DNA of 64,000 nucleotides from Podarcis tiliguerta (lineage: Eukaryota), in the NCBI GenBank assembly GCA_965153285.1, contig OZ229110.1; one strand, written 5' to 3'. The position numbers were made by a program, and so were the translations under genes. Within the stretch, counting starts at the first letter, position 1, and each line of letters starts with the position of its first letter. Below, piece by piece: positions 25,209 through 38,115 of this stretch. The notes below the pieces were generated by a model. The model was given only the letters and a program-made list of their open reading frames with translations. It was not told the DNA's origin and searched no databases.

Positions 25209-25571
25209 AAGGGGACGCGGGTGGCGCTGTGGGTAAAACCTCAGCGCCTAGGACTTGCCGATCGCATGGTCGGCGGTTCGAATCCCCGCGGCGGGGTGCG
25301 CTCCTGTCGTTTGGTCCCAGCGCCTGCCAACCTAGCAGTTCGAAAGCACAATTAAGTGCAAGTAGATAAATAGGGACCACTTACCTGCGGGAAGGTAAAT
25401 GGCGTTCCGTGTGCTGCGATGGCTCTCCAGATGCAGTTTGTCACGCTGGCCACGTGACCCGGAAGTGTCTGTGGACAGCGCTGGCTCCCGGCCTATAGAG
25501 TGAGATGAGCGCACAACCCTAGAGTCTGGCAAGACTGGCCCGTACGGGCAGGGGTACCTTTACCTTTACTT
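25209..25571 (+). mobile_element. Full-length Sauria SINE (CpG-rich, young)
   Basis: tRNA-like head with A box TGGCGCTGTGG and B box GGTTCGAATCC (25275-25285); (ACCTTT)n tail; perfect 12-bp TSD taatgtaatact at 25197-25208 and 25572-25583. Confidence 0.95.
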
Positions 25572-25943
25572 TAATGTAATACTCCGACTGAATGGTCAAA
25601 TAAAAGTGTTGTGCACAATAAACATTTTTTATATTTAAAAAATGCATTGTGTCTCTTATCTCTTTGCAGATTGGCAATGAACAAATTGAGCTGCATCTGT
25701 TGTTCCACACTTGCAGAGGGCAGGAAAAGTTAATTTGAAAATGTCAGTGTATTTTTCCCCCTTATGCAGTCTCAGCCATGAAAGTCTTTATATAAGTGAA
25801 AAGTATAAATTTATAATTGATGCCCTTAGATACATTTTATATACCGCAATGCACGAATACTGATATAATTTATTCAAGCACAAGTTGGCCATGTTGAAGA
25901 AATGTTATGTGCTTAAGGACAACGATAATCTGGAAATTTAAAA

Positions 25944-25948
<5 letters not shown>

Positions 25949-25978
<30 letters not shown>
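25949..25978. repeat. (AGT)10 microsatellite
   Basis: Read directly from the sequence. Confidence 0.95.
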
Positions 25979-26574
25979 TAACCCTCAAATGCCTAAAGGC
26001 TCCAGATGGTAATAATACACTAAACATATAAAAGTAGGGGGAAATGTTCTGTTTTTCTAATAACAACTTTAACCTCACAAGCCTATCCCATGTGCATTAT
26101 AAATTCCAGGACTACCCTTACTTGGGAGTATTTATTTCTTGAAATTAATGTTATGTATTAATCACAACTAGCTTAATTCCCATCTAATTCAATATAGTTC
26201 ACATGCAAAATGACACTGAGGCTGCAATGCAGTTCCAAGTTACCTGTGAGTAAGGCCCAATGAACTCAATCAGTCTTATTTCTGAGTATGTATGGGTTTC
26301 CTTGGTTAAAAATGCATTTCTAAAAGTCTCCAGGAAAAGGTAGTTGGAAGAGCATTTCACAGGACTGGGCCAATAACACTGAAGGCTCAGTTTTATGTTT
26401 ATGTCCTATGAGCACCACAAACTTGGGGGACAAACAACAATACTCCTTCAGATAATCTCAGTTTCCACTATGTACTAGACCAGAGTTTCCCACCATGAGT
26501 AACAACTGGATAAAAGCATAGCCTGCCCAGAAAATGCCAGCCCACCTGGCTCCCCCATTTTCATAATGTACAAC

Positions 26575-26800
26575 TAGGGTTGGGGAAGAAAAATTGTTTG
26601 CAAATGTACTCAATTTTCACTTCTTAAGGCAATCCTGGAACTGAAACCTAGTTATCCTTTGAAATTTGCACTTCTCTGAATTTTATGATGCAGTTCTCTA
26701 GCCCTGAAATCTGTACAAAAAGCAAATTCAGAAATGGTGCAAAGTGAATTTAGGATTGGAAAAATTAGAAACTGAAATTGACAAATTCATCCATTACTAT
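26575..26800. mobile_element. Decayed non-autonomous DNA transposon relic (same family flanks the LTR-like element at 28531)
   Basis: ttctctgaattttatgatgcagttctc is the reverse complement of aactgcatcacaaaatccggagaa near 29212. Confidence 0.4.
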
Positions 26801-28530
26801 AACAGTCACATGTAGTTTAATGTTCTTATGTATATTTTAATAACTGCTGGCTTTACTTATAAGTCATTATATTTTGGAGACAAAAATGGTTACCCTGCTT
26901 TTAACATTTGATTTTATCAGAATCTTTAATGAATACTATGTAAACTGCTAAGAGGTTATGGATGGTTAAGCGGCATATAAATCCTGCTCAACAAAATAAA
27001 TTCCCCTGCTTTCTCACATCACAACGTATTGTGCTAACCTGCCACCAGTCCACATCATTGAGGGCTGGTGAGGAGCAAGGGACACACAGGGCACCATGAC
27101 ACAAATTGTCATATGCATTACAGTACACAGAAAGTGTAAGTGCAACTTGATACAAAGTTGCTATTTTCAGAGATGATCATACCTTTAGTAGCATCCAGTT
27201 TGGAACTGGAGGAAAATGTGCATTCACTTGAATTTATATTAAATCCTACCTGCACTTTTGCTGCCAAGTTTTAAATTCTGCAAATAAAAATTAATGCTAG
27301 TATGAGAAAGAACCAATACAGTTTTAATTTTTAAATTATTTCACTATAAACTTTTCAAGGTTTATGCACTTTCTTCCCAGTCATTTTGGTGACTAATGGG
27401 GATTTGGAGTTCTTGTCAGAGGATATTGTACCCATAAATGTTGGAGCTCCGTAAATAAGATAACATCTAAAAGTGAGAGTTCTGTAAACAAAATAAAAAC
27501 GGTTTTGAAAAACCAAATTAACTGACAGTGCATGAACTTAGACAGTAACATATGTGAATTTGCATGCAAACTTTTACTGATTTAAATAAACTTGATAACT
27601 ACTCTTTCCAGTTTGTCTCTCTTCTGTCACATGGCAAAAGATAGAAGAGCTTGGCTGGGGAAATCAATTTGAAGTTTTTCACACCACTAATCTAGTGTGA
27701 CAGTGTGAAATGCGCCCTTGAGCTTTTCTCTATGACTCCCAGTGCTTAGAATTAATGGCTATTATCTCTCTCCTTTATTGCCTGATTTTTTCCCCCTTAA
27801 CATACCATAATTTGCACTGGTACCTTCAGTGATGAAAAGAAGTGATTGCAGATGTAAGGTCCTTTCTGATTCTGCACACATTCAATTGTGACCAGTTAGC
27901 ATATTTCGTCTGTACATATGTGCAGCGTAACTTGTTCTCTATTAAATGTTAACTCTAAAACATGCTACTTCACAAAGAATATACACTATCAGTATCTATC
28001 TGTTTGTTAACTCAGCTCTTCCAGGGTCTGAATCTTGGCAGAGGAAATGGCTTCTGAAAACAAATGTGATTGGTGTCAGATTTGCAAAGGCTGTAAATGA
28101 TATTTCCAGTTTGTTTTCCAGAAGGAGTGCAAATATATGCAATGCTTTGATTTTGCATAAGAAGACTTTTGCCTTGAAAAGAAAAAGTAACCGTTTCACT
28201 TGAGCCAAAGAAAGTTTCCTGGGTTCTTTGTGTGCAGATATTTTGAGAAATGGTATTCAAAAGCATACTAGCTCCAACAGTGTAGATCTAACTATATATT
28301 ATATGTGTCTCATGGATAGAGACAGGTTGAACAGTCTAATTCCATCCAGGTTCAGTTTTGCTTGAGTTCAATCCATACACTCCATCCCATTTTGTGTGGA
28401 TTATTTAGAAAGAACACATTAAAAATTTGCATTTACATTGTATGCATTTTGTACACATTTTGTACATACATTTTACATAAAATACATTTTTCAATGCATT
28501 CATCCATACAATACGCATTTTGTACACATC

Positions 28531-29180
28531 TGTGTGAAATGTGTATTGCTCTGAGTTTGTGGGGGGCCAGATCCCCTTAAATTCCTGGATTTAGTAGAAG
28601 TTAGAAGTAATCAAGATTGGATTAAACTGTGCCAAACACTGCTGGATTCAGCTTCTGCTAACAAGCCAAGTATAGCTTGCTGAATGTGGGTCACTGGAAG
28701 AACAAAGCTAATAATGGCCAAGTCATTAACCCACCAAGAAAGTCATTAGGAGGGTGTAAACTATATCAAACGAGGAGTGGTGTGGCCCCTCCTTCAGCTA
28801 CATGCTAGTGGGCAGAGGCAAAGGGATTTAAGGGGTGTCAAATTTCAGTTTGGATGATTTAAACGAATGGGGGGGGGAGTGTCAGTTTTGCAAGTTTGGA
28901 GGAGAACAGGGTTGAAGGCAGGCTGTCTGTTTTATCCTGCAGAGAGAGTCCGACAAGATGTTTTGGGTCTCTTGAAAGATGAGACTGCAGCAATGGAAGG
29001 AACAGGACCCTCCTGAGATGCAAATGCTCTTCACTCTATCTAGGCTCCAGTTGTATGTATGTGTAAATAAAACGTGTATCATAAAGACAACAGAGTCTCC
29101 ACTGTGCCTCATTCTCCCAAAGGAAACACCACAGACCCCTCCAACCTCACACCACTTGGAGATTGAGGTGGCATGTATCA
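28531..29180 (+). mobile_element. Putative solo LTR (left boundary uncertain)
   Basis: Shares tgaatgtgggtca, tgtaaataaaac and gagattg...g(t)ggc...ca blocks with 61452-62401; AATAAA near the 3' end; ends in CA. Confidence 0.4.
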
Positions 29181-30734
29181 ACAGTTTCTGTGTACACTTT
29201 TTATGTGATGAAACTGCATCACAAAATCCGGAGAACTGTGCAATCTGACAGAAGCTGTATTTTGAGCAAGTTCAGGACTGTTGGATCAGGCTGGTTGACT
29301 GCAAAAAGTAGACTGAACAAATCCCTACCCCCATCCTAGTCCCAGAACAATATGACTGGTGGATTTGGTCAGCTACTCGCACAGAAGGAAAGAACCCAGT
29401 CTCTGTGAAATATAAGGCTCCATGTTGTCACAAGCCATGTTCATGTAAAACACTGTAGGACTAAAAGCAGATACTTGAGACAAATTCTGCTACAGGGGAC
29501 AGACTCTACAGCACATTGAGGTGCAGAATAACAATGGCATATCCAAACCATAAATTCAAAACACACCGAATCCAGGTTATAGACTCCTGGCTGTTTGCAA
29601 TATGTCTTGAATTCACCTTTGTTTCCAAGCACTGCTTTGACAGAAGTTGCCCACACAAATTTCATCTCTTCACAGAGAAAGCAGTTATTTTTAACTTAAA
29701 GACAGCTCTGGATGGAACAGAGAAATTACCTCTTAGCAATTTTCTTTTTCTTTCAAGTTTCACTTCTGCTGTATCTGAACAGCTCTCCAACCAACTCAGG
29801 TCCCTTAAGTCCCAAAATGTTCTCCAGGAACATGTTATTCACGCAGACACATCTGTGATGAACTCTGAAAATTCTGTTATGTTCCATTTTTGCAACGCAG
29901 TATTATTTGTAATTATAAATTGATTACCACTCTTGCTTTTCATTACTGGCCATTGGCAGAGCCCATAATAACTACAAAGAGATTCCACTGTAATGTGTCA
30001 GCTAAATCAATCTCCTGTTTAGTTGCTATAACCTAACACCATTAAAGTTTCCCTCCTCTTCTCCTGAAAAACACATCAGGCAACCTTTACATCAGAGAAA
30101 AAATATGGGAGTTCAAGAACGCTGATGAACGCTTAGCACCTTGAGGCATCACCACTGTGAATAAGGGGGGAAAGATTCTGCTGCAGATGCAGACAGCACA
30201 TTAAACAGGCAATAACACTTATTACTGAACAGCAATGGAGCCAAATGAAACTGTGAACACCTAGGAAAACATGGTACAAATTAAACTATTCATCTCTACA
30301 CCAATTCTGCAAAGCAAGTGAGAGCAACATGTCTTTGAACAACCACATTTGGAATTACAAGTAGATCAGATAACTAAACTATATAGGTATCAGCAATTAC
30401 AACAGGTTGAGGAGATGAGCTGACAAACAAAACATTCTTATGGGAGCTGGCCCTGGAAGGTATAAACCTTCATCACTACCACATAATCCTCTTCTGATCT
30501 GATTGTTCTTAACCAAGCAGATGCCCCTGCACTTTACCACCCACTGCTGCTGCTTCTTCCAGGTACATAATTTACCCAGTCAGTAGCACCAAGAAGGAGA
30601 GGGGAGAGGGGAGAAGGGAGGAGTGAGGCATGGAGAGTCAGTCTAGAGCAATGCCTGGTGGAACTGGTAAGATGTTGGTGGTCTGGCTGCATCCCCATCT
30701 CCTGGAGAGAAATAAATTAGCTTCAGTATTCTAG

Positions 30735-31440
30735 ATTACTACTCTCTGCTAGATTACTACAATATATTGTACATAGGGATGCCTTTGGAGACAGTTCAGA
30801 AACTACAGCTGATGCAGAATTCCAGGGGTCAATTTTTTAACCATCAGAAATATGATGGCCTTACACCAGCTCTAGGCCACCTGAAATGGATGCCAATACA
30901 GTCATACCTCAGGTTGCGAACATGATCCATGTGGGAGGCACGTTTGCAACCCGCAGCGTTCGCAACCCACAGTGCCGTGTCTGCGCACACACGTGGAGTG
31001 ATTCAGCACTTCTGTGCATGCACGTGATATCATTTTTCGCTTCTGCACATGCGCGAGTGCCAAAACCCGGAAGTAACCCGTTCCGGTACTTCCGTGTTCA
31101 GCTCAGTCTGCAACAAGAAAACACGCAACCCACAGCGTTCGCAACCCAAGGTATGATTGTACATTTCTGAGCTCAATTCAAAGTTTTCATCTATAAAACC
31201 TTATAAAGCTCAGGACACCAATACCTTGAGGAATGCTTCTTCTGACATGAACCTACCGTGACCCTGAGGTTCTCATCAGCAGCTCTGCTCTGAGAAATAT
31301 CAGAAGGCCTTCACAACAGTGCCCCCCAACATGTGTGGAATCACGCCCTCAATAAGACTCAACTAACACCATTACAAACCATTACCAGGTAAGGACTTTC
31401 CTGTATCTCCCAGGCATTTGATGGCTGATAATGTGTTCTG
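30735..31440 (+). mobile_element. L2 LINE 3' fragment interrupted by a MITE
   Basis: Decayed LDYxN.LY.G.PL.TVQKLQLMQN and W.PI|HF.AQFKV motifs on either side of the insertion. Confidence 0.7.
30899..31159. mobile_element. Tc1/mariner (Tigger-like) MITE
   Basis: TIR cagtcatacctcaggttgcgaac / gttcgcaacccaaggtatgattg; TA on both sides. Confidence 0.9.
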
Positions 31441-33209
31441 ACAGGCTTTTAAAATAATTTTTGCATCAGCAGTGATTATATTAATGTTCTGGGGGGGGGG
31501 GTGGAATCACTTTGTTTTAGAGCTGTGTATTTCATTCTTGGGTGTGGTTTAAATTATTGTCTCTACACTGTATTTGCACTTTACAGTATATTATTGCATT
31601 TTATATAGCAAGGTGCCTTGAGACTACTCTTTAGCAGCAGACATTGAAATCAGTCAACCATATAAACACTGAAGGGACATTAATATCCAAAAGAAGTCTT
31701 CCAACTTCCATAGAGAATCAGAGCACCTTTATCAGAATCTCCCCGTATTTACACGTCTTGAGAAAAGTCAGGGTCAATTAGAAATCAACAGGGCTGCTAA
31801 TGAATGGCAGAATTCCAGAAAGTGGCCCTACATAGAACAATGGGTTCTCCGAGGTTGCCCTTCTACTCCTGTCAGTGCACCGTGGGAGACCTGTGCTATT
31901 TCAGTTCAATCTCAGTGTATTTAGCTTTAGGATTTACTAGTGTCACAGCTACTTAAGACTGAAAGCCTTTCGGCTTCCTGAACATTTATAATGCCATCAC
32001 TGCGGCATAAACACCTGCCAGTGAAATTCACAGCTCTTCAAAATGCCCTCTTACCTCCACTGCCCCCCATGAATGCACACAAAAGATAAGAGCAGATGAC
32101 TAGGCAAGGTGGCATTTGCTGGCACTCCACAGCCTGCTGTCTTTCACCAGCCAAAGCTTTGCTCCCTGCAGGTTTGGGTTGCCTAAATATATACATAGCC
32201 CTGTCTTCATAGACACTGAGCAATTGCTGACCTACATGCACTTGCATCTAGAAACTGCATCATAAATAGGACTATAGTGCTGGATACAGTGTTCTTGTTG
32301 TTTGCTTTTGAAGTGATTAATTAAACTTACAATTAATATGTCTTGCTTGAGGGCAGAAGTGAAACAGAAAAACTGGAAGAAACAATGCACAGCCATAATG
32401 AAGATTTGTTCTGAGATCAGTCACTATCTGTTCACTTCTGGTTTAGGCTTTTTATCTCCCAAAATGCTTTTGATGTGGACATCTTGCAAAAAGATAGGGG
32501 ATGCAGCATTCACAGGCAACTAGTCCGTATGTTTCGGCTATGTCCTGTCATTTTGGGGGAAATGTCGCTGACAACTTTTTAGCAACAAATTAGAACAGCT
32601 CTAGTTCTTACTAATAACCTGTCAAACTATAATGCAATTTTACATGGCTTTTTAAAATCCCAGAGGTTTTAGTGCTCAGGCTGTTTATTTCTTTGGGTTA
32701 TTTCCATGAACAGATCTCCTTCTAACACCCACCAACTGTGCTACCACAGAAAGGCAGTGGAGCTGGTCTGGCTGCAGACAAATCACCCTAAACTTAAGGT
32801 GCAAACCAAACTTTTGGCCAGGGGCAGCAAGGGTGGATGGAGTGGCAGAGCCACTGCTGCACCTGAAGCCCTGCCAATGATACGAGCCAAGGTGAGCGGT
32901 TATATGTCTGAGAGAGGAGTAATTGAACTGATTGCTGATCTGGCTCTAGACTGACACAACATTGGGGCCTGGATCAGGCTGCTTACTAGGGGCTGGACCA
33001 GCTTACATCCCTTTGCTGTTCCATCTCCACCATCACACAACCCCCGCAAGTACTTCTTTCAAGGGCTGGCATTGGACACGGGTAGTGGCAGCTTCCACAA
33101 GCCCTTTTGGTGCATGAAGCAGGGACCTTGATGCCAGCAGATCTGAGGCAAGGAGGGAGACAACTTCTGCCCCATTCAAACCTCCTCCAACACCGTGTGT
33201 CAGGAGTGT

Positions 33210-33237
<28 letters not shown>
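33210..33237. repeat. (TC)14 microsatellite
   Basis: Read directly from the sequence. Confidence 0.95.
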
Positions 33238-33240
<3 letters not shown>

Positions 33241-33899
33241 TCACCTGACTATTCCTTCAAACACATGCCTGATAACTATTAGATTCTTTAAAGAGCCAGA
33301 GAGAACCTATAAGCATTTTCACCTGTTTCTCAGTTTAAGGTCCCCATACCCCTGAATAAAAAAGCAGCTTAGCAAAAGAAGGGTACTTGGGGGGGTGGAG
33401 ATGAAGGGGAAATGGTTAAGCAACGGTTCTCCTCCTGCCATTCTTCTCCTTAAAAATTCAACATCTCAAGCCTGCTTTGGGCTTAAAAGTCAGTGGGAAA
33501 TGAATTGCATGTAACGTCTAGTTTGCTACAAAGGAAAGTCTATTCAGGATAGAGCATGAAGATTGTATTAGCAGTGAAGAATGGATTGACCCACAGACTG
33601 AGGCCCTATTAGACATGATGTAGAAAAATATCTGTGACAGGGATCTCCCATGGTAGTTGCTATAAAAAAAGAATTTGTGCTCTACAACCCTTTCCTCCCT
33701 TGCCCTTTTCCTGATTACTAGGATACTACTCGTTTTAATTTGTTTTTATTGTTCCGTGTGTATGTGTTTTTAAAAAGCAGTCCTTCTGCCATAGTTTTTA
33801 TTGCTATTATTTATTATATTTGTTCCCTTATGTCCCCCAAGAAATACATAGTTATGTACACTTTCCTGGGGGTCTTCTCTCCTGGTATGATCAAGACTA

Positions 33900-34207
33900 C
33901 AGTATGATCACATCTTGCATGCAGTTAATTTGCACGATTTCAACCTTGTGCGGTTGAAAGCCAGTTGGTTGAAATACTGCAAATTAATTACACGCAAGGT
34001 AGAGAGCTTTAATGTTACTTTTCCGGTGGCTTTCTCAACTTTTAAGTTCTCAGACCTGCTTACCAGGCTTTGAGAGCCCACCCAAGATCATCCCAGAGCC
34101 TTGGGGAACATCCAGGTTAGGATGTTCACACAGAGGCAGTTTGGGCAGACATGTTTTGTGTCCAAGCACCATCCCTGGAACATAACTCACAAGGCGTGAT
34201 CATACTG
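33900..34207. mobile_element. Tc1/mariner MITE
   Basis: 18-bp TIR cagtatgatcacatcttg / caaggcgtgatcatactg with 2 mismatches; TA TSDs at 33898 and 34208. Confidence 0.85.
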
Positions 34208-34319
34208 TAGCCTAATTCAAAAAAGAGAGTGAAAGCAGGGTTATACATAAAGAGTGCAATGATAGGCAGACTTCAAACACATTTGAGTTCTACAGTTCTG
34301 AGGAGTTCCACATAGTTAG

Positions 34320-34493
34320 GAAAGCCTGTGGTTCAGTAACAGAGTATGTATTTTTTGAGTAGAGACACAGGTTAAATCCCTGGCATCTCCAGGTAGGGAA
34401 GGGATAGGTCTGAAATCCTGGAGTACGTAGATAATTCTCAGCTAGATGGACCAAGGGTCTAGATGAACCAAAGGCAACTTCCTGTCTTCCTAG
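34320..34493 (+). mobile_element. Decayed tRNA-derived SINE with CR1-like tail (Squam3-like)
   Basis: tgtggttcagtaacagag (A-box-like), ggttaaatccc (B-box-like), ggcatctccaggtaggg, ctagatggaccaa...aaggcaacttcct. Confidence 0.6.
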
Positions 34494-35686
34494 TAGTTTT
34501 GTATTTATACCCATATTGCTAAGAGTGTGTACCAGCAAGCAAGGCAAATCTCTGGCCTGCTGTCTCACCTAGGAATATACTTGGCCTGATAAACTGTTTT
34601 ACCAAGCTGATAGAAAGACATCTGTTGCATATTATGTAGCTATATATGGCACATACAAACTACCTTTTCAAGTTATTGCTGAACTCATATTCATTATGAG
34701 TTTGTTTACTAATTGGCTATGTTATAAACTAGTCCTGTTGTCTAGCTTATCTTTTATGGTGGAGGCAATTTTTCCGAAATATCACTAAAATACATGACTT
34801 AGTGCAGAACAGGAATGGAGCTTCGAAATCACTGACTAATCCCAAGGTGAGAGACTGATAGCATATAGAAGTGCTGGCACAAGAACGCTGCCAACATTTT
34901 CTCCTCTCTGCTTCCAGCACGCCTGCCTCCCTATCTGCATTCAGGGAATCCTGCTGTGATAGGCGAGTGAGAGAATAGTGATCAGAGACAACCATTACTG
35001 CTTGGGAATTCAAAGCACCTTCAGAAAAGACACTGACTGCCAAGCTCAGCTTGCCACCCACACAGTACAGATTGAAAGCAAACCAGAATGAAGACAAGCT
35101 GACCTCCCGCTATCTCTTTGGGCATGAGACCGCAGCAGTCAACAAAGTAATTGCTCCTCTGAGGTTAGAAGGGGATACAGATCTGGAGGAAAGTTCTAAG
35201 AGGCTGCAAAAGGGGTGTGCGCGTACACCAATCTTAAATCTGTCTCCTCCTGCTGACTGATATGAAAGGTAAATTGAACTGATCTTGTCAGTGACAGCAG
35301 CAAAATAATATTATGTTTATTTTTAAAGAAACCATCAAATGAAAATCTGCCTGTCTTTCCAACCTAAACGAACTGTTCTCAAAACCTTCACCAATGGCAC
35401 ATTCTCCAGTGGGTATACTCTCACCCATAGCAGTTCTCTGGGGCTTTGCCATCGCCTATTCCTTTTAACTGGGATTGAACCTAGGACCATATTTTCTGCA
35501 CTACTGGGTTATTATCCCCCCTATACAAACAGACAGCTGTTCTGCTAGAACTCTTGCAGGTCTTCTCTCAGTCCAAAATGGCTAGTGTGCAGCAGTCAGT
35601 ACAGGTGAGCAGGCTGTGAAGGCCAAGCCCTGGTATTCCAGCTGTCCTTTCCCCAGAACATCTCTCTCTCTCTCTCTCACTGGATT

Positions 35687-35994
35687 CAGCGGTGTAGATA
35701 GCCGCTCGAGTGCCTGGTGAGGGGGCGTGTCCTGAAGGTGGGGGCGGGGTGATCTGCCTATGGGGGTGGGGCGACCCTCTCCAACACCTCCCCCTCAGGG
35801 AGAGGCAGTGGCAGTAGCCAGACACAAGTCCCACGCTGCCATTTCAGGCAGCGTGGAACCTGCAGGCACCTAAGCCACCACATCACTCCTAAAAAGTTTC
35901 GTGAGCCCAATTTTTTTAAAAAAAAACTCATTTTGTCCACCCCCCTCAGTGATGACACCTAAGGCACTCTGCACCCCCCCTTCCTCTGCCACTG
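35687..35994. mobile_element. hAT non-autonomous element
   Basis: Termini cagcggtgtag / ctctgccactg; perfect 8-bp TSD actggatt at 35679-35686 and 35995-36002. Confidence 0.85.
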
Positions 35995-37984
35995 ACTGGA
36001 TTATAGCACAGAACCAGGAATGCAGGAAGCTGTTCCCCTGGAAATGCCTTAGGTCACTGGTCTTCAACTGGTGGGTCAGGCTCACTAGTGGGTTATGGGC
36101 TGATCCAAGGTGGGTTGCGGCAGGAGCACTACCACCATGCATATATGTGCCAAAAAGGTAAGAGGTGGATCTCTGAAAAGTGAATCCTTGGTCTGAAAAG
36201 GTTCAAAATACCTGCCTTACGTGAAACCATTCATTTGAAGAATGGAAGTGAAACCCTTCTGTACCTGTGGGCTACATTATTCTGACACTAACCAATGGCA
36301 TACTATCAATCCATACACCCCTAGGCTCCAGTTCCCTTTCCCTAGCCAGCACATCACTGTTTCATATTACTCAGCTTCATATGCATGTTTAATTTATATA
36401 AATATATTATCATATTTATGTTGAAGACTGTGCTATGAATGATTCTTTACTAAAGAATTTTCCAGTGGATTGCCCCAGAAACAAGAAAGGTTTAATATAC
36501 TTGTTTTCATTAAAATCACCGTCTTATTTAACTAGTAAAATCTGTCTAATTTCTCTTCACTGCCAATTACTTGAGCTCTCTCCACAGGCTGCACAGCAAC
36601 TGTTGACTCTCAAATTGCCCTTCTTTGTGATCTCATTAAGCTTCTGCTCATATTGTTATTTTACTGTGTTATTAATGCAGCATTTAATATTTAATTCCAA
36701 TGGTAACCCTTTTTCAATAAACGTGGAAACGTTTATTCTACTCATTCATGGCCAGGGCGAGAAGTGTGGTGTCTTTACTGCCTAGTAAAAATGCTTCACC
36801 GTGATTTAAACACACATTCAAACACCTTTTTAAATATGCTTTGTGCATGTAAAAACAGCAGACAACACTTTGTCACAGAACACCCCAATAAGACAAGTTC
36901 AAATAACTTGGGATGATCTTTTCCTTCCCTCCCCCCATCCCCCAAAAAATCCCCTGCAAAATATGGGAGGGGGGAGAGACCAACCCACCTACCAATGGTG
37001 GCTTTAGCAGAAAACAGCTTACAAAACCAGTACAGTATTTCCCTTCCCTTCTCCCTGAATCTGCCTGACATGGAAATGCAGTTCACCCTAGGTAGGATTT
37101 TGGTTGTCTTTAAATAAACAAGCAAGACCACAGATAACCAGTAAGGCAAACGGTGGTTACCCCTTTATTTATTTGATTCAACTGCAGTAGGTCAATAGAT
37201 GGATCAAAAACCCAAACAAATACGTCACCAAGCCTTTTATACAATTTGCAACTAGTAAATATTAGCAAGTGTCAAAGCAATGAGAATAATTGTACAGGCA
37301 TTTTATCTTCATTAATATTAATATCCTTTATTGCACTTTATCTCTGTTGTCTTTTGGTACATTAGCCTCTGCTGCATCATTTCCGTGAACATGGCACAAG
37401 GTTCTAACAACCTTTTTTTTGCCCATCACGGGACTTGCACATAATATGCTACAGAGTTCAGTAGCAACCTCAATAGCAATTAATTAACACAAGAGCAAAC
37501 AGCACTGGACATCTTCCTGAGCAGAGGGCTTCTACAGTTCATTTTGATTCAGTGCTATTTCCTATGTGTAAACTGATTTAAGGAACAGTAGAATTTGGGG
37601 AGCAAAGACAGGGATAAAAGGCATTCCTTTCACATGGCTTCTGCATTTGCTCTCTGTACTATTTCAGGTCAGGTTTCGCTGGTAGAAGTGCTATTTCATT
37701 AATGTTTCCATAACACCCCAAAAAGCTTCTCTGGCGTGGGGTTCGTTCTTAACCACCCAAAATCAGGCAGATTAATATTATGTGCATTGAAGCTCCAGTG
37801 GCACAGGATTTCTCCACTAGATTTTCCCCAACATTATCTCCATGCAGCATAGACCCCAGCATTTGGTAGCCTCCCTCTACCCCAGACCCTCTGGAGCGGC
37901 TTTGCCAAAAGCTAAAGGAAGATAAGGAAAAGTTTGGGTGGATAAATTGTCTTCCATTTGTACAAATGCCGGATACAAGCTTAT

Positions 37985-38115
37985 GAATCTACATAATCCT
38001 GCTTTAGAAAAAGTCATTCTCAAATCTTGCGGCAATGAACTCCATACATTAATTATGGATTGTGCAAAGGAGCAGTTTCGTTTTTTCCTGTCCTGAACCG
38101 ACTTCCAAGTCATTT
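37985..38115 (-). mobile_element. Old CR1 ORF2 C-terminal fragment
   Basis: Minus-strand translation RKKRNCSFAQSIINVWSSLPQDL matches the CR1 C-terminal FFxxRxxxxWNxLP motif. Confidence 0.55.

Noticed and set aside
25211-25290. tRNA-like sequence with A and B boxes
   Set aside because: It is the head of a Sauria SINE, not a tRNA gene.
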